Assembly: GCA_000934665.2 (NCBI GenBank)
Contig: JYFJ02001448.1
Location: 1-64,000, forward strand
Origin: Catajapyx aquilonaris
Taxonomy: Eukaryota
Length of the DNA: 64,000 nucleotides
Direction: 5' to 3'
How positions within the stretch are numbered: the first letter of the stretch is position 1; each line of letters begins with the position of its first letter. Made by a program: the position numbers and the translations under genes. The notes beneath the pieces are model-generated. The model was given only the letters and a program-made list of their open reading frames with translations. It made no database searches and was not told where the DNA came from. Of this stretch, positions 28,843 to 41,985 are shown piece by piece.

Positions 28843-28982
28843 CTATATGTCCAGTTCCATCTCCAGAATGGTCAGTCTGTGAGTTGACATGGCAACACCA
28901 CTATCGCTGGATGCCGACTGGATGCTGCTGTGGTCATCCGTGTCGCTTTGGTTGCTCACGTACCCAATCACGTCCACCTCAT
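28843..28982 (-). CDS. Mxi1: Mad/Mxi1 (MXD family) coding exon 6: acidic/Ser-rich C-terminus and stop
   Basis: Acceptor ctcttcttttgacag, phase 1. Reads (D)EVDVIGYVSNQSDTDDHSSIQSASSDSGVAMSTHRLTILEMELDI*, matching the MXD C-terminal EVDV...SDxDDxxSxQSxxSD pattern. Not in the ORF track. Confidence 0.88.
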
Positions 28983-31900
28983 CTGTCAAAAGAAGAGAGT
29001 AAGCTTACTTGGTGACAAACACTCTTTGTGTGGTGCTGACTTCCTGCCTGTAGTTATAAAAACTCTCATGCTCACATTTACATTGATGATGGGTACCCTT
29101 GGCCTTGCTGTCAATTGCCTTGGCCTAGATCAGTCTAAAACCAATGATCATCTTACATAATATTAATTGGTCGTGCCGGTGGGAGCAGGGGAGGCATTTT
29201 TAGTTCCACCAAAGCGAGTAGTACCCTTGACACCAACTCTGCCAAAATAACCATTGGCAGGAACACCTGGCCACGCAGCCTATATGGTTCCAAGCGCGTG
29301 TCTGCATGAGTGGGAAGGCGTACAGGTAACCCATCCCCATACCCAAGTTGAGCCATGCTGCCTGAGAAAAATTACCCTTCCATATGGCTAGCACTCAATA
29401 AATGGGATTGGCAAGACTACAGTTAAGCAACTGCGAGGTCACAGTTCCCATGTCCAAATTCCGGTTACCAGTTATAACCGCCTGCTGGCATAAGTGATGA
29501 CCGCATTGGAAAGGGGGAAAAATAGCTGATTATTATCAAGCAAAAAATGTTCTACAATTCGTAACTTTTTTTAAAGGCCCCGGAAGTAGTTCTGGAAGTA
29601 TCCCTTCACTTAAAAATAGCATCCTGGCTCAAGTACCCACAATTTTGGCACACTCTTAGAAGGGCCTACTGTTCCTCAGGGGTATTCTTCAAGGTTAATT
29701 GAGGTCAGCCATCCAGGATGGCCTGCAATCACTCTGCCATCACAGGTATGGCCCTCCTCCTGAACAGGCTCATATGTCACCTCCCCAAAAAATGGGTATG
29801 TCAATCACTCTTGTAGTACATTTAAAAAAAAGTGGAAACCCCCTCAAAAAAGTAGCACACATCTCTCGGTAGGGCAGGTCACCCCTCCCTCCTCACGTTT
29901 CCCTCCTCATTCGGCAGGCAGGCCGCACTTAGGCCTACATGCCCATGTTGTTTGTGTGCTTGTGCCAGAAAAGATACGCTAGTAGCATGGTGTGGATGGA
30001 AAGGGGAGGAGGAGTTGGTGGTGAAGGTAGGCATGCTTCGCAGACCCTAAGCAAGGGTCATTGGCACCGTTCGGAATTGGGACGCAATCGGCCAGAGATT
30101 TTGGCCACACCTCGCCCTTACGCCGGAATCCCTGATAAACCATCCCTGCAGCAGCCCTGCCTGAATGATACCAGGTCGGGGATTATACACACACACACAC
30201 ACATCATGACGCAAATGCACCACCACGGACCCCAATGTTTTATTCCTCGAGCTGCTTCCTTCGCCATGTAAATCCGGCTTTTTTTTTAACGTCTTGCTGG
30301 CACTGAACGCCGTCTCGCACCAGGTGGAAAATGATAGGCTGCATGAGAGAAAGGGGCCGGTGACAGAGCGTACACTTTCTCCTACAGTGATTTTCTCCCT
30401 GCACCAGGTTTTCCTTACCCACACTACTGCGGCCAGTCCCTCAACATCCCGGATTTTTGGCACAAACGCCCATGGTTTATATTTAAACCTTGTCCTGTCA
30501 AGGGCACCATTTTCGCTACGTACTCCCACACTAATTCCATCCCAGCAAGAGGTCAAGCGAACAAAAAAAAAAGTAGGGGTGTAAAAAAAAAGGGTGGGTC
30601 GTGTCCTGATGACGGCAGAGTTACGAATATTCCTGTAACAGTTGCACAGCATACCCGAAAAAGTCTTCGTATTAAGGAAATGCATTTTGGTCGGATTTTT
30701 CCTGTACTGTGACATCGCAAGGCTTTATACCTCCTTCAGCGTTCTGGTTATATAATGTATAATTTCACACCAGCCTTACATCACCTGGAGGGCATAAGAA
30801 GGTCAATTTGAGAGAGAAAAAAAAAGATGTATAAAATGCAGTACAAACGTTCTAGAAACGTCGGCCCTCACAAGCGTCATACAATGGCGTCAAGCCGTCT
30901 GCTTTACACAGATATGCATTATGTGAACCCTCAAGGTACAGTACGATTTTTCAATTCAGAATTGCTGTCATATACTGTACCAGCATCCCACTTTATTATC
31001 CTATTGATTCAACCACCTGTACATATCTGTCTACTGATTTATGCGGTGCAATACCGTGCAACAATACCCGCGCCTAGTAACCAGTTCGACACAGAGTGAG
31101 CAAGGGAGGTGACCTTGGCGAATCAGCTGGTTATTTTCTTCCGCCATGCCACACCTGACAGCAAAGTTGCCACATTTAGCCACCCGCCCGTCTTATCCAT
31201 GGCAAGACGCCGTACCCAGAGCTCTGGTAACTCCGCGCCTCATGACGCACCTGCACCTCATTACTCCACCTGTCCCTTTAAAAGGGATTACACGAACAAT
31301 CGGGTTCTGCACACGTGCTCTTCGCTCGCGCTGATTACCCCCCACTCGCCCACCACCCCCACCGAATCCAAGATTACCAGTCACTGACCTAGCGCAAGGT
31401 GGAACGAGGTTGCCACGTGGTGAGAACCGCCTGCATGAACTTCGGTAATACCGCTCCGGGGGCACCGCAACGTGCCTTTTCTCAGTAACAATGAGCGTGG
31501 GGTGCAGTTATTATCAGGCAGTGTCCATTGTTTGAGCGTGGCTGGTCGGAGGGGGTCAACCAGTCTTCAAGGTACTCCTGGCCGGAGTGAAAGTGTTGTG
31601 TTATATGTGTGAAAGGCCAGTCACGCTCGCGATCCATCCCAGTTCCACCTGGTCTACAAAGAACTCTCGCAGGGGATGCCTGGAGTTGCCAAAGTATCCA
31701 GCGAATGCGACTCTGCCAACTTGCAACTTTATTGCAAGCACACTTTTTTGCTCCTCGTATACTGCAAATATCCAACTACCATTTTGCAATCATCTCATCA
31801 CCTAAGGCTGACTTCTTATTATGCTGTTAGAAACGAATTAGTTTCCTCGCAATTACTGCCAAACTTTGTAAACTTTACGCTCGTGCCAGGTCAGGGTTCG

Positions 31901-32310
31901 AGTTATATCACTGACACGCAGCAGGCGGTTTATCTCCTTTTTAAAAAACCGGCTGATTTCCCGAGTGAATCTGCTGCATATCATTGACTGCTTGGAAGTC
32001 ACGCTCACGAAATATCCAACCAGTTTTTCCGCAATATGTCTCTACACCGGTCACCACGGAACCCATTAAAATATTAAATGCCCCCAATGCAGACGCTCGC
32101 ATTCGCTAAGGTCTTCCACCCCACTACGTTACGCCCCTGTCACACACACTCGCATTTGTCACCAGCCGCATAAAAACCGTCCGGCCGCGCACATGTGACG
32201 GAAAGACGACACTCCGATGCGTAAACATGGCCTTGTGAGGGGACATCGACCACATCCGACTGAATTGAAAGTGCAAGTAATGTGAGCAAGACGAAGCCAG
32301 ACTGACTGAC

Positions 32311-32485
32311 CTGCTTCAGAATTGGAAGCGGAGGAAGTGGTGGTGGATGTGGAGCACTCCGAATTGGACCGTCGCTTGGTCGACGACTTCGAGGTGAGCT
32401 GCTCCAGGCGCCTGCGGAGGTACCGCTGCTCCCGGAACAGGTGCTCCTTATGCCCAAGCTGCTTCTTCTCCTTGTCTTCAAGGGT
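32311..32485 (-). CDS. Mxi1: Mad/Mxi1 coding exon 5: leucine zipper and Ser-rich region
   Basis: TLEDKEKKQLGHKEHLFREQRYLRRRLEQLTSKSSTKRRSNSECSTSTTTSSASNSEA, containing the MXD-type REQRxLxRRLEQL. Acceptor ttgttgcag, donor G|gtcagt, 175 nt. Confidence 0.92.
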
Positions 32486-34435
32486 CTGCAACAAAATACC
32501 AGACATTAGTACGAGAGGAATATTACAACCGGCTGCGGTACAGGTGCTGGTCGCCTAGGGGGGGATGTAAACGGGGTCACCTTTGTCTGACATCCCCAGT
32601 CAAAAAGGTTACACAGTAGCCGGCTACCGTAGGCCTTGGGAGCGAGGTTTAGCCCCCGAGGGGGGGCGTTTTCCACTGATCGGCGGCGATGCTGCTCCGC
32701 TTCCATCACCGCCTCTAATTGCATGTACTGGACCACAATCATCGCCTGCTTAGGGCAGGCTTCTGGCCGGGGGGATGACCTCGGAAAGACCGGCTCCTAG
32801 GGTTGACCCTCGGCGAGACCTCGACGGTGTCAACCGTACATTGTTGACGCCGCAGATCTGGTTCTAACTGGGTCGCCACGCAGAATTCGGCTGCGTGACA
32901 CCTTGGATGGTCTTAACTCACTCAACTCTGGCACCCCGAGTAATCTGGCGAACTGCTGCATTTATTACATCACGCGTAAGTGGGTTAAGGATGTGACATC
33001 CCCCTCCCACCCCCCATTGACTTGCCATCATCAAAGCGTTTCTTTTGTGTCACAAGACTGGCGCATTTGAAGGACACCACAGTTATTGTCTGCCGCAGTC
33101 ACCGGAACGCAACTTGCCATGTGGACCTGCGAGCTTGTGTTTTGTCGCAAATTTTCGGCCTAAAGGTCACGGCATCCTCCAAGTGCACATATCTGGCCAT
33201 GATTCAAGTGTGGAAACAATGTGTGCGATGTGTACCAAAGCAAACAAAAGTGTCCTTGCTCCATGCTTTTTGTTCCGGAAAGGGTTATCACCACCGCGAT
33301 AAAAGAACTCCTTCCGCCTCGCTAATTACGCTATTTTGTAAATTTCTCCCTGCTTCTGACGATGGCCATTCTTGGTCAGGCTACGTATCGACCCAAACCG
33401 ACTCGACATGTGGGTCACATGTACTACCCCCACACTGAGAACCTCACGTGCTTACGAATTGCTTCGTTAAGCAGGTGAAAATGGTGCCGCCGGTTTTGTG
33501 CGGTTGGTTGGGAAACTGCGAAGGACGACTAGGGTGTGTCCAAGGGAAAATCATCGTTCCTTCTTGCTGACTGGCACGGTGACAAAATAACGGTGCAGAC
33601 AGGCAGGTACTGGACTGGAAGTGGGCTCATGTTCTGTAGGCACAGGCCAAGAAAGACCGCCCTCCCTAACTGTCCAAGGGATTTTGGCCAAGGCTGCTTG
33701 AAAGGCAATGCTCCTCCACCATATCATCCTGCTAAAATATGCTTCGGATGGCAGGCAATTCGACGTCTTGTTTCGCAACGTGATCCCGTCCTTGGTGCAA
33801 CGACACCGTGTCCAGTGCTGCGCAGACGAGAATGTAAGCTCATGTCGGGCAAGGCCAGCGATGATCAGCATTCGCGATTCCTTTTTCCAATCTGGCGCAC
33901 CTCCAGCCGCACATGACGAGCCTAGATCAAGAAAAAGGTAAGACGAATGTTCCTTGAAGCTGCAGAGGACACACATATCTTCAACCTCTCTACCCCCGGC
34001 CAAACTCTAAAGTGAAAGTGGGATGCATTTCGTGACGTCACACCTTGGGGTAGGCCAAGCAGGAAGGTCGACTTCCTCAGCTTTCCGGTGTAAAAATGTC
34101 TCCCTCTACCACCTGCGCAATCGACGCCGGAAACTATACAGCCATTGTTGTCCACCAACATTGGGAAACTGCTCCACAAACGTGTGTACCCAAAAAAGGG
34201 TGTCGAAATCCACATACACACTGCTTGCATGAGGCTCTGGCTCTCGCATGCCGCAGCAACGTAATGGCGTAAACAACGTGTTGACACCCGCGCGGCCTCA
34301 CATGGCCCCGTGACTGCGTCAAATGGGGTGACACAAACAACTTCGCTCGTGGGAGAAACCCCAAACCGCACATACGCACCATGAAATGCGTATACGTGCA
34401 AGGGACCACGTAGTAGCCGTAACGGAGCTTCTTAC

Positions 34436-34550
34436 CTTGATGAAGTTTTTCGCTTTGGTAAGGAGCCCCAAAGTGGTATGTCGGGACACGTCCGGTCCTA
34501 ACGGCACCATCTCTTTCAGCTTTTCCAGGCAGTTGCGTAGGTGCGCCCGC
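34436..34550 (-). CDS. Mxi1: Mad/Mxi1 coding exon 4: helix-loop-helix
   Basis: [38 protein letters not shown], near-identical to the MXD1/MXI1 HLH. Acceptor gttttcag (phase 2), donor AAG|gtaaga. Confidence 0.96.
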
Positions 34551-37500
34551 CTGAAAACAAACAAGATGCAAATGGTGAGAACGGCGCATCTAAGCGTGAA
34601 CATTTTCTTTAGCCCGAGTTATATCGGTCTGCGTTAGTGCGTCATCTCATTACCACCATATCACTATACATCATGGTGCACGGGGCCCGCATCTTAATAA
34701 GTGGGCTCATGCAAGTGCCAGTCTTTCTGGTCAGGGTGATCAACAACCCTGCGTATTACCTGGCTCTGGCAAATACTTCACACAAAGGCACTAACGAGAA
34801 ACTCGATACCGGCAACACCTGCCATTGGCAAAAACTTGGCCGTAATTATGTTGCCCACTCTCTTGCAGGAGAAAACATTTCTTTATAGGCAACTACAGAA
34901 GCTACGTCAATAATTTGCGGCCTGTGCCAGTGGAGAGGCTCTCACAACATATCCCAAGTCAACTATTGCATGCTGCACGATGTTACGCCTAGCAGATCTT
35001 TGCTCCTGTGGTTTATGCAATTGCGTAGATGAAAATGGCGCACTCTTATGCACAACAGCCAGCAGAGCAAACACGTACTTCCTCAAACCCACTCCCTCCT
35101 GATGCAGCCGTTTTAATCCCGAATTATAGTCTGCAGTTTTTTCCCCTGATAGCTCATTCTTTCATTAAAAACGGGATTTTCCTTCCTTACGCCATAATTA
35201 TAGCTCCACTCGATAACAGGTTTTTGCTACACTGCGCAATGACACAATACATTATGTCATCATGACGGTTGACCATAAACAGCTCCACGGTCCATGTAAC
35301 ATTAGTTTGACTGCAATGGTATCGGTTGGCATTGTTTAGATATTGGCAATTCCATTGTGCCCAGGCGCAATTGACCCCATGGGTCAAGGTTAAGTACACC
35401 GGAGCGTGCCTAAATAACCAAAGTGTAAACCTTGACCGAGGTATCGCCCTTTAACTGGCACAATGCATACCGGTTTCGAAGCAAAAGTACACAATATACG
35501 AAGGAAGACACAACAACGTATCTGATTCACAAAAGTGTATCGCTAATTAATACCTAATTCACCACACACTAGACCCTGCCAAGCATGACCTGCAGAGAAC
35601 AAAGAAAACGGTATCCCATATACGCGCATGGGAAGAGACATGGCGGGCGCAGATTCCCCAACAGGTTGCTCCTACCCCCTTTCCAAAGATTGTACAATTT
35701 TAAACAAAAAAGTAGTCCCTCCAAGGCTCTTTCACAATACACCGCGCACAGCTTCCGTGTCTTAATTAATTAAATGGCAAACAGCGAGGTGAGTATCCTA
35801 ATGCCATAATATCCTTCTCACGTCAATGTTTATACCCTTGCAGCAGGAGCAGGTACGCAATAACCCCAACAAAACTTGATCAACTTTTTGTTTCTTTTTT
35901 TCCTTTTTTTTGTCAGGCCACCCTCAATTCTTTTTTGTTACCCACGCACCCTGTAATTTCTCAAACGTATACTGTACGTGACCGCATTTTCCGGTACAAG
36001 ATGTCCCCCTCTACGTGACCCAAACCTGTCCACCTTTGTGTCCTCCCTCATACAAGCCACCCCATTTCCCACCCCACCGAAACTGTACTACAACGCAATC
36101 TATTTACTTTGCATAACACCATACGCAATTATCATCCCTTCCCAAAGTCCTCACATGACTCACCGCCATGTGATACATGTATCGCCCTCGTCCTTTAAAT
36201 CGCAATCCGCCAACCCTGCCCCCGTAACGCAGCTTCACTCCGCGCGGCTCAAGTTGTTGACCTGAACCAGAGGTCAGCGGAGGGGCACGAGGGATTATTT
36301 ACTCAAATTTTTTTTTCTCCTTCCCCTACGCGCAGGCTGTCTGTCGTTCGCAACGTTGCCAACCAGCCTTCAGGGTGGAGTCGTACTCAAGGAGTTCAGC
36401 ACCGGCCAATAGATTCGCCCATCAAAGGCTGTCATGGGATATAGTCGCCGTATACTATAACATGTTGACGAGAATTCGTTACCGGCTTAGCATCGAGGAG
36501 AAAAGCGGTTAAGGGGGGGAGTCGTAAAATAGCACGTGCGACCTCCACGATATTCATGTAACGGTCTGGAAGCAGCGTTGCAGAAGAAACGGTCATGCAC
36601 CTCGGTGTCTCCTCACTTATTTACGGGGAAACGCGTGCAGACGGAAGTGGATGATAGTTTGTTAGGTTATTGATTCCCAATATCAACGCCTAAGACAACC
36701 TGGCTAAAGCAAGGGCCCGCATTTTTTTAAAAGGGCCGGTCAAGACCTCTCTGCCAGCGTCGACCTCCCATCCATCAAGCCAGCGCTGATCTAAATCTGT
36801 AATGTTTACAAGGTTTTCCTGGGCCGGAATGCAAACATGGCGCTTCCCCCTGTCCTCCTTCTCCCCATTAGAAATCAGTTCCTGAATGCCCCCAAGCCTC
36901 CCGACAAACCCACCCTCCCCGTATATATAAATACCCCCACCCACCCACCCAGTAGCAGCAGCCACCCAGCCGCACTTGCCACTACGTCATCACCTGGTGA
37001 CCAGAAGAATCAATAATAGGCTGCATATTGGCGCGGGGCTGTAAGCTCAGCTGCATCGCTACCCTACTCCCAGAATATACTCTGGTCAAGCACCTCGGGG
37101 TGGCACGTGTCCTATGGCCACTCGCTTCCTACATGGCCAGTCCGGCCGGCCACAACCAGTGGCGTGCCAACCACCTCCAAGGTCAATCAATAATGGTCAT
37201 GACGAAAATTCGCGAGGGCCAACTTCGGTGCGAATGACGTCACATAGGGGGGAAAACTCCGCGCCATCCCAGAGTTCAACAAAAGGTGGAGGAGCCAGTT
37301 TGTGCCCGGTTGTCCTTGCATCTCGAACAACAGCCTCGAGTCATGATTCGCGAGTCATTACGCGACAATCAGACATTGGCACGGTCCCACCCAGGAGGTC
37401 GACCGGTTCTGAGGACCGGTTGGCCCACGAGTGCTTTATGGTCAGGGGAGAGAGCGGGTGGATATACCTAAAAACAGCTCCCGAAACGAGGCCTCGTTAT

Positions 37501-40197
37501 CGCTTTCCCATTAGGGCTATAGTCACCGATAGTCACATGTTATCGCCGCACACGCACTCATACGCACCGGGACCGCTTCTCACGTGTTACGCTACCCTAC
37601 TTCCTATCGATCAGGTCAGGCCAACCTTGACCCGGGCGTTATACCCAGGTTTGTTTACGAGTGCGGGGCATAAAAAGCCTCCGGTTATGACGCCGGACGC
37701 AGGAAGGCAGGCAGCAGCACCTGGTCTTGACCCCACCCCCCCGGAAGGTCGCGTGGCCACTTTATGGGCCCTACCCTTCTGCACCTTCTTTTGTTCGCCC
37801 GATCGGTACCGGTCCTTTTCGCCTCGTGCTGGCCCCCACCTACCAGTCCCCCATTCAGCTCCGGCTCGTGCACCCGGCGCGAGATTTGAATTTTAATCGA
37901 TCAGATGGCCTGCCGTGACTGGAGGCCCTCCCCTGCACCCCCACCCAATGTACCATGTGTATGTGGGGGGGGGATATGGGAAACGGGAGAGGGGGAATTG
38001 AGTGGTGGGGGGTTTCAAGTATTTACGGGATAAAATGACGGGGGAGAAACCTCAATAATATCGCGTGATGCGAACTGAGGCCGGCTGATTGTAATATACG
38101 AACATGAAAGGGATGGGGGGGATGGGGGGCATCAGGGACGAGGGGTCATGCCGCATTAGCAATCACTAATGCTAAAAAATGGTGGAGACCTCTCCTGTGT
38201 ACCTTTTCGAATATGATGTGTATTTTTCGGCATAGAATGTGTCTATATTCCCCGCCGCTTCCTTTTGTTCCCCCGTTTCCACGGGGCTGGGCTCGCGTGC
38301 CGAAAAGCATCATGAGAAGGTGGCATTTCAGAAACGCTACACGTTTCTTCCGTGATTTTTTTTCTTGTTAAATATAATAAAAATGGCCACCCCAGAGGCG
38401 AAGGGCGAACCGCCGGTCTGTTGTGCACCGCCGGCAACAGTTTTACTAAAGTATCCAATTAAGTAAAAGCTGCTTCTTATACTGTTAAACAATTCAAAAC
38501 TCGAAATGTACAATTACCACCATAGGTCAAGGCGAGACGTGGGGTATACGTATATATAAAAATTGCCCAAAAAAGCGCAATCTCTCCAGTATGAATAGTT
38601 TCATGCCGACATGCATACAGGACGTGACCTTTATACGTGCAAAATATATGTGCAAAGTACACCACGCGTGCCCTCGCTATTACCACCTTCCTCCCGCCAG
38701 ATTTTAGTCCTGCTTGATTGGTAGCCATGCAACAAACAAGGGAGTCCCTGTAGTTGAAGCCAGGCAGCTGACGAAGCCCAGCAACAACAAGAGGGGGCAG
38801 GGGAGGGAAAGCGCGTATCATTCTATCAACAGGCTGGGGTGTGGTGGAGGACCCCCGGCACAGCTTGGCCCTCCATCCAACCAGGGTTGATTCAGCCAGC
38901 TTGGAGCTATGTAGGCACACATGATTCTATGAGACTCCAGGGATCGATCCCCGCGCATCCATGCCCGCTGTTCAGCACCCGGCCCACCCCCACGGTGCCC
39001 AGCCCTTTCCCTCCCTCCCAGGGTCCTCCACCACTTCTAACACTACAGAGACTAGAGTAGGCAAGCTACAGCTGCCTGACAATATGCGAATAGCACACCG
39101 CCGACATGCAGGCTGGCACAACGTGACCGTCCAAAGTCCCGGCTCATACCTGGCTGCGAATGACCTACACGTTTTTTTTTTTTTTTGTGACAAGGGCGTG
39201 ACCTGGCCTACATACCGTGCCTGTGACTACCAGTCCCTCATCTTTGCCTCGTGTTTGCGTCATGTCGAATGATCGATCCTGGTGTGCACGGGCCAACTTC
39301 CCTTACTGTCTCCCCTCCACTTAAGGTCGGCATAACTATAGCTACGCAAACAATAGTGCACAAGTAACAGTGCCAAGTGTTCCTTCTCGCACGGAGCGTG
39401 CTGAGTTGGTTTACTCTCGCAGCTCAGCTATCAGATTATGAAACATGCTCCATTCTGGGGCATGTTCGGCTTCTGCTGCAATACTCCCGGTACCGAGAAG
39501 GTTCCGGAACAAACCGGCGGCTGCCTTCCGCTGCTGCTCTGTCATGCAACCCGCTGACCAATGGCAATAATCCACATAAACCGCTGCGTTTACCCTTCCC
39601 GAATTCTTGACTGCCCTAACATAAGCAAAAACTGACGTAGTGGCTAAAATATGGCGTGGTTGGCAGAACAGAACTATCACGGTTATCTCGCAGCCTGGCG
39701 TCACTATCTCGCGCATCGGCCAACCTGACCGTTCCGTACCCCGAGTCCTGGATCGCAGGCAAACTGTGGAGTCCCCCTTCTCTTCAGCTCTTGCCACACA
39801 AAAATGGGACAATTAAACCCTATCAGCGTTTTGTGTGTGCGTGTGAGAGACAAATCACACCACACCATTGTCTCTATTCCCCGATTCCGCGGGGCTTTCA
39901 CCTGAGCCCCGTCCTGTGCAAGGACCACAGCCTCGGGCGTAACTGCCATTCCAGCCAGCTTCCCACATCCAGCATCATCTCTTAATAGAGGCCGAGAATA
40001 ACATTGCTCCTAAATGTACCTGTCCGGATTTTTGTGCATGATTGCACAAAACCGGTTCCTTCCTACAAAATCCACGCATTTGTTAATTATAATGAGTGCT
40101 TAAATACGCGTCAACCCCTCACAAAAGCTGGATACGATTCTTCCAGAAGGCTCACACGGAAATGAAACGCGTCCTGGACGTTTCTTGCAGCGGTTAC

Positions 40198-40319
40198 CGT
40201 TTTGCCACGCTTTCCCTCCTCCTTCCCAGACTCTCATATGTGCCGTCTAACTGCCGAATTGTGTAACCATCCACAACCCCTTCAATCACTGCCACAATGT
40301 CCCCTGGCCCGTCCATCAT
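40198..40319 (-). CDS. Candidate alternative first coding exon of Mad/Mxi1 inside intron 3
   Basis: ATG in an ATAATGATGG context. 122 nt encode MMDGPGDIVAVIEGVVDGYTIRQLDGTYESLGRRRESVAK and end at CG|gtaacc, phase 2, the phase exon 4 needs. Inr-like TCAGTC at 40367-40362. Confidence 0.45.
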
Positions 40320-41759
40320 TATTATACTCCCCGCATGTACTCCGCAGCACTTGACCTTTTCGACTGAATCGCTTACATCATGCGTACATGAACGGAAAGA
40401 CGCGCTGTGGGGGAAATGGGGTGGAGGCACCCGAAATCCGTTGGTAAAAATGATAGGTGGACACATGAATGGATGGATGGTGTGGACGGATGGCAGTGGT
40501 ACGACCAACCAACCAAGCAGACAAGCAACCGACTGGAACGCTGCAGACTTCGCTTCACTGCCACTAAAGCATTGTATATGTTTGACCAGCAGCATAAAAC
40601 TCCCTCCCTTCTCTCCCTCCTCTATACACTCCCACCCTTGACTTGATGGCAGCGCCCATGATTAATGAGCTCATTCTTGCTGCTGGCCATCGCAAGCAAA
40701 CCAAATCTCCAGATTGGGTTGCGGGACGGAGAGAGCCCGAGACAATGCCCGGCTGGTATCGTAATATGCCCGTGATTACGCAGCTATGTACCAAATTTCT
40801 GTTGATATTTTCGTCACGACAGGGGCACACCATCTCTTCCCTCTTTGTTCGTGGATGCCCTACCATCCGGGGCAATCCCATCCCTTTTCACCAACAGCCC
40901 GAAATGCCCATTAGCACCGCGATTGATTTTTTTTTCTTCTTTTTCCTTCTTCTTTCCCTTTATCCCCGGGGGGAGGCACCCGGATCCCCCCCTGGAACCA
41001 GAGGGCTCTGTCCACAACCATGAGCCATGCTGGTCCCAAGGGGGGGCAGACCTGCAAAAATTCCCAGTCACGGTTCCCAACTACGCAAGATTTTTTTTTT
41101 TTTTTTCCACATCTATTCGCACTCAAAAGTATTGGAGGATTGCCCATAACGAGGTTACATATCGCGACCGTTGCACGATGTGACTCCAGCACGGGTCGGC
41201 GTACCGTTAAAGTGAATAAACCCGCCAACTTTTGGTTTCGATTAACAGGTGTAATGTATGCATTGGGAAGGGGACAACCTTGGCCTTGAGACGCACTGTA
41301 AAATGGCGGTGGGGTGGAGGAAGGGAGGTGCCCGGCCAGAGAGCGAACAATGGCCTCCACCTATGACCGAGAAGACTCAGCCGGTACAGCCTGGGACAAA
41401 AGTGATGCTCCCAGGCCGCCTCCCCCATCCCGAAGAGCCACTTCGTGAGAAACTTTTGGCTCCGGCTGTGCAACCCCCTCCCTCCACGTCCACAATCTGG
41501 TTTTGGCGCCTCAGGTCTACATGACTTTGCGGCTTTCAAATTTCGGGCACAGAAAATTAGGCATGCCCTTCAGAGGTCACAGTACTACATCTTCTTTTTT
41601 TTCTCTCTTAAGAGGATTTTTCCTTCCACACGGGGTGAGGAAGAGGGCGTTTCTTACCTTTCATACCCGCCCAACAATGTGTCATTATGCGATGGGCATA
41701 CTATAAATGTTCGGATATATTGCCTTGCCTATTCTTGGCCGGCATTCAATACCACATGT

Positions 41760-41985
41760 TGGGTGGTTGAATGATTAGGGGAGCCAAAGCAACTAAGGCT
41801 ATCTGGCATAGGAGAGGGTGAGAAGGGAAGAGATATTTGGGTTGTGAGAGGAAACGAGACAACACACGAGAGAGAGAACCTCTCGAAACTTTTTCCATAC
41901 GAGAATCCTCTGTCCGACCCGGGGATCGAACGCGGGACCTCATCGGTGGGACGACTGTGATGGTAGCCACTACACCTGCGATTGT
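41760..41985 (-). mobile_element. tRNA-derived SINE in Mad/Mxi1 intron 3
   Basis: Minus strand reads GCAGGTGTAGTGGCTACCATCAC...GAGGTCCCGCGTTCGATCCCCGGGTCGG: an A box at about 41967-41978 and B box GTTCGATCCC at about 41922-41931, followed by a pyrimidine-rich body. The 3' end is approximate. Confidence 0.65.

Noticed and set aside
32581..32742. Intron 4 ORF MIVVQYMQLEAVMEAEQHRRR..., vaguely SID-like, with a phase-0 AAG|gtgacc donor before exon 5
   Set aside because: Weak donor and no LLxAA core. The product would lack the HLH, and nothing beyond phase compatibility supports it.
37114..37896. 260-codon plus-strand ORF, the longest in the track
   Set aside because: No recognisable domain, Pro/Arg/Ser-rich composition typical of chance ORFs in GC-rich DNA, and antisense within Mad/Mxi1 intron 3.
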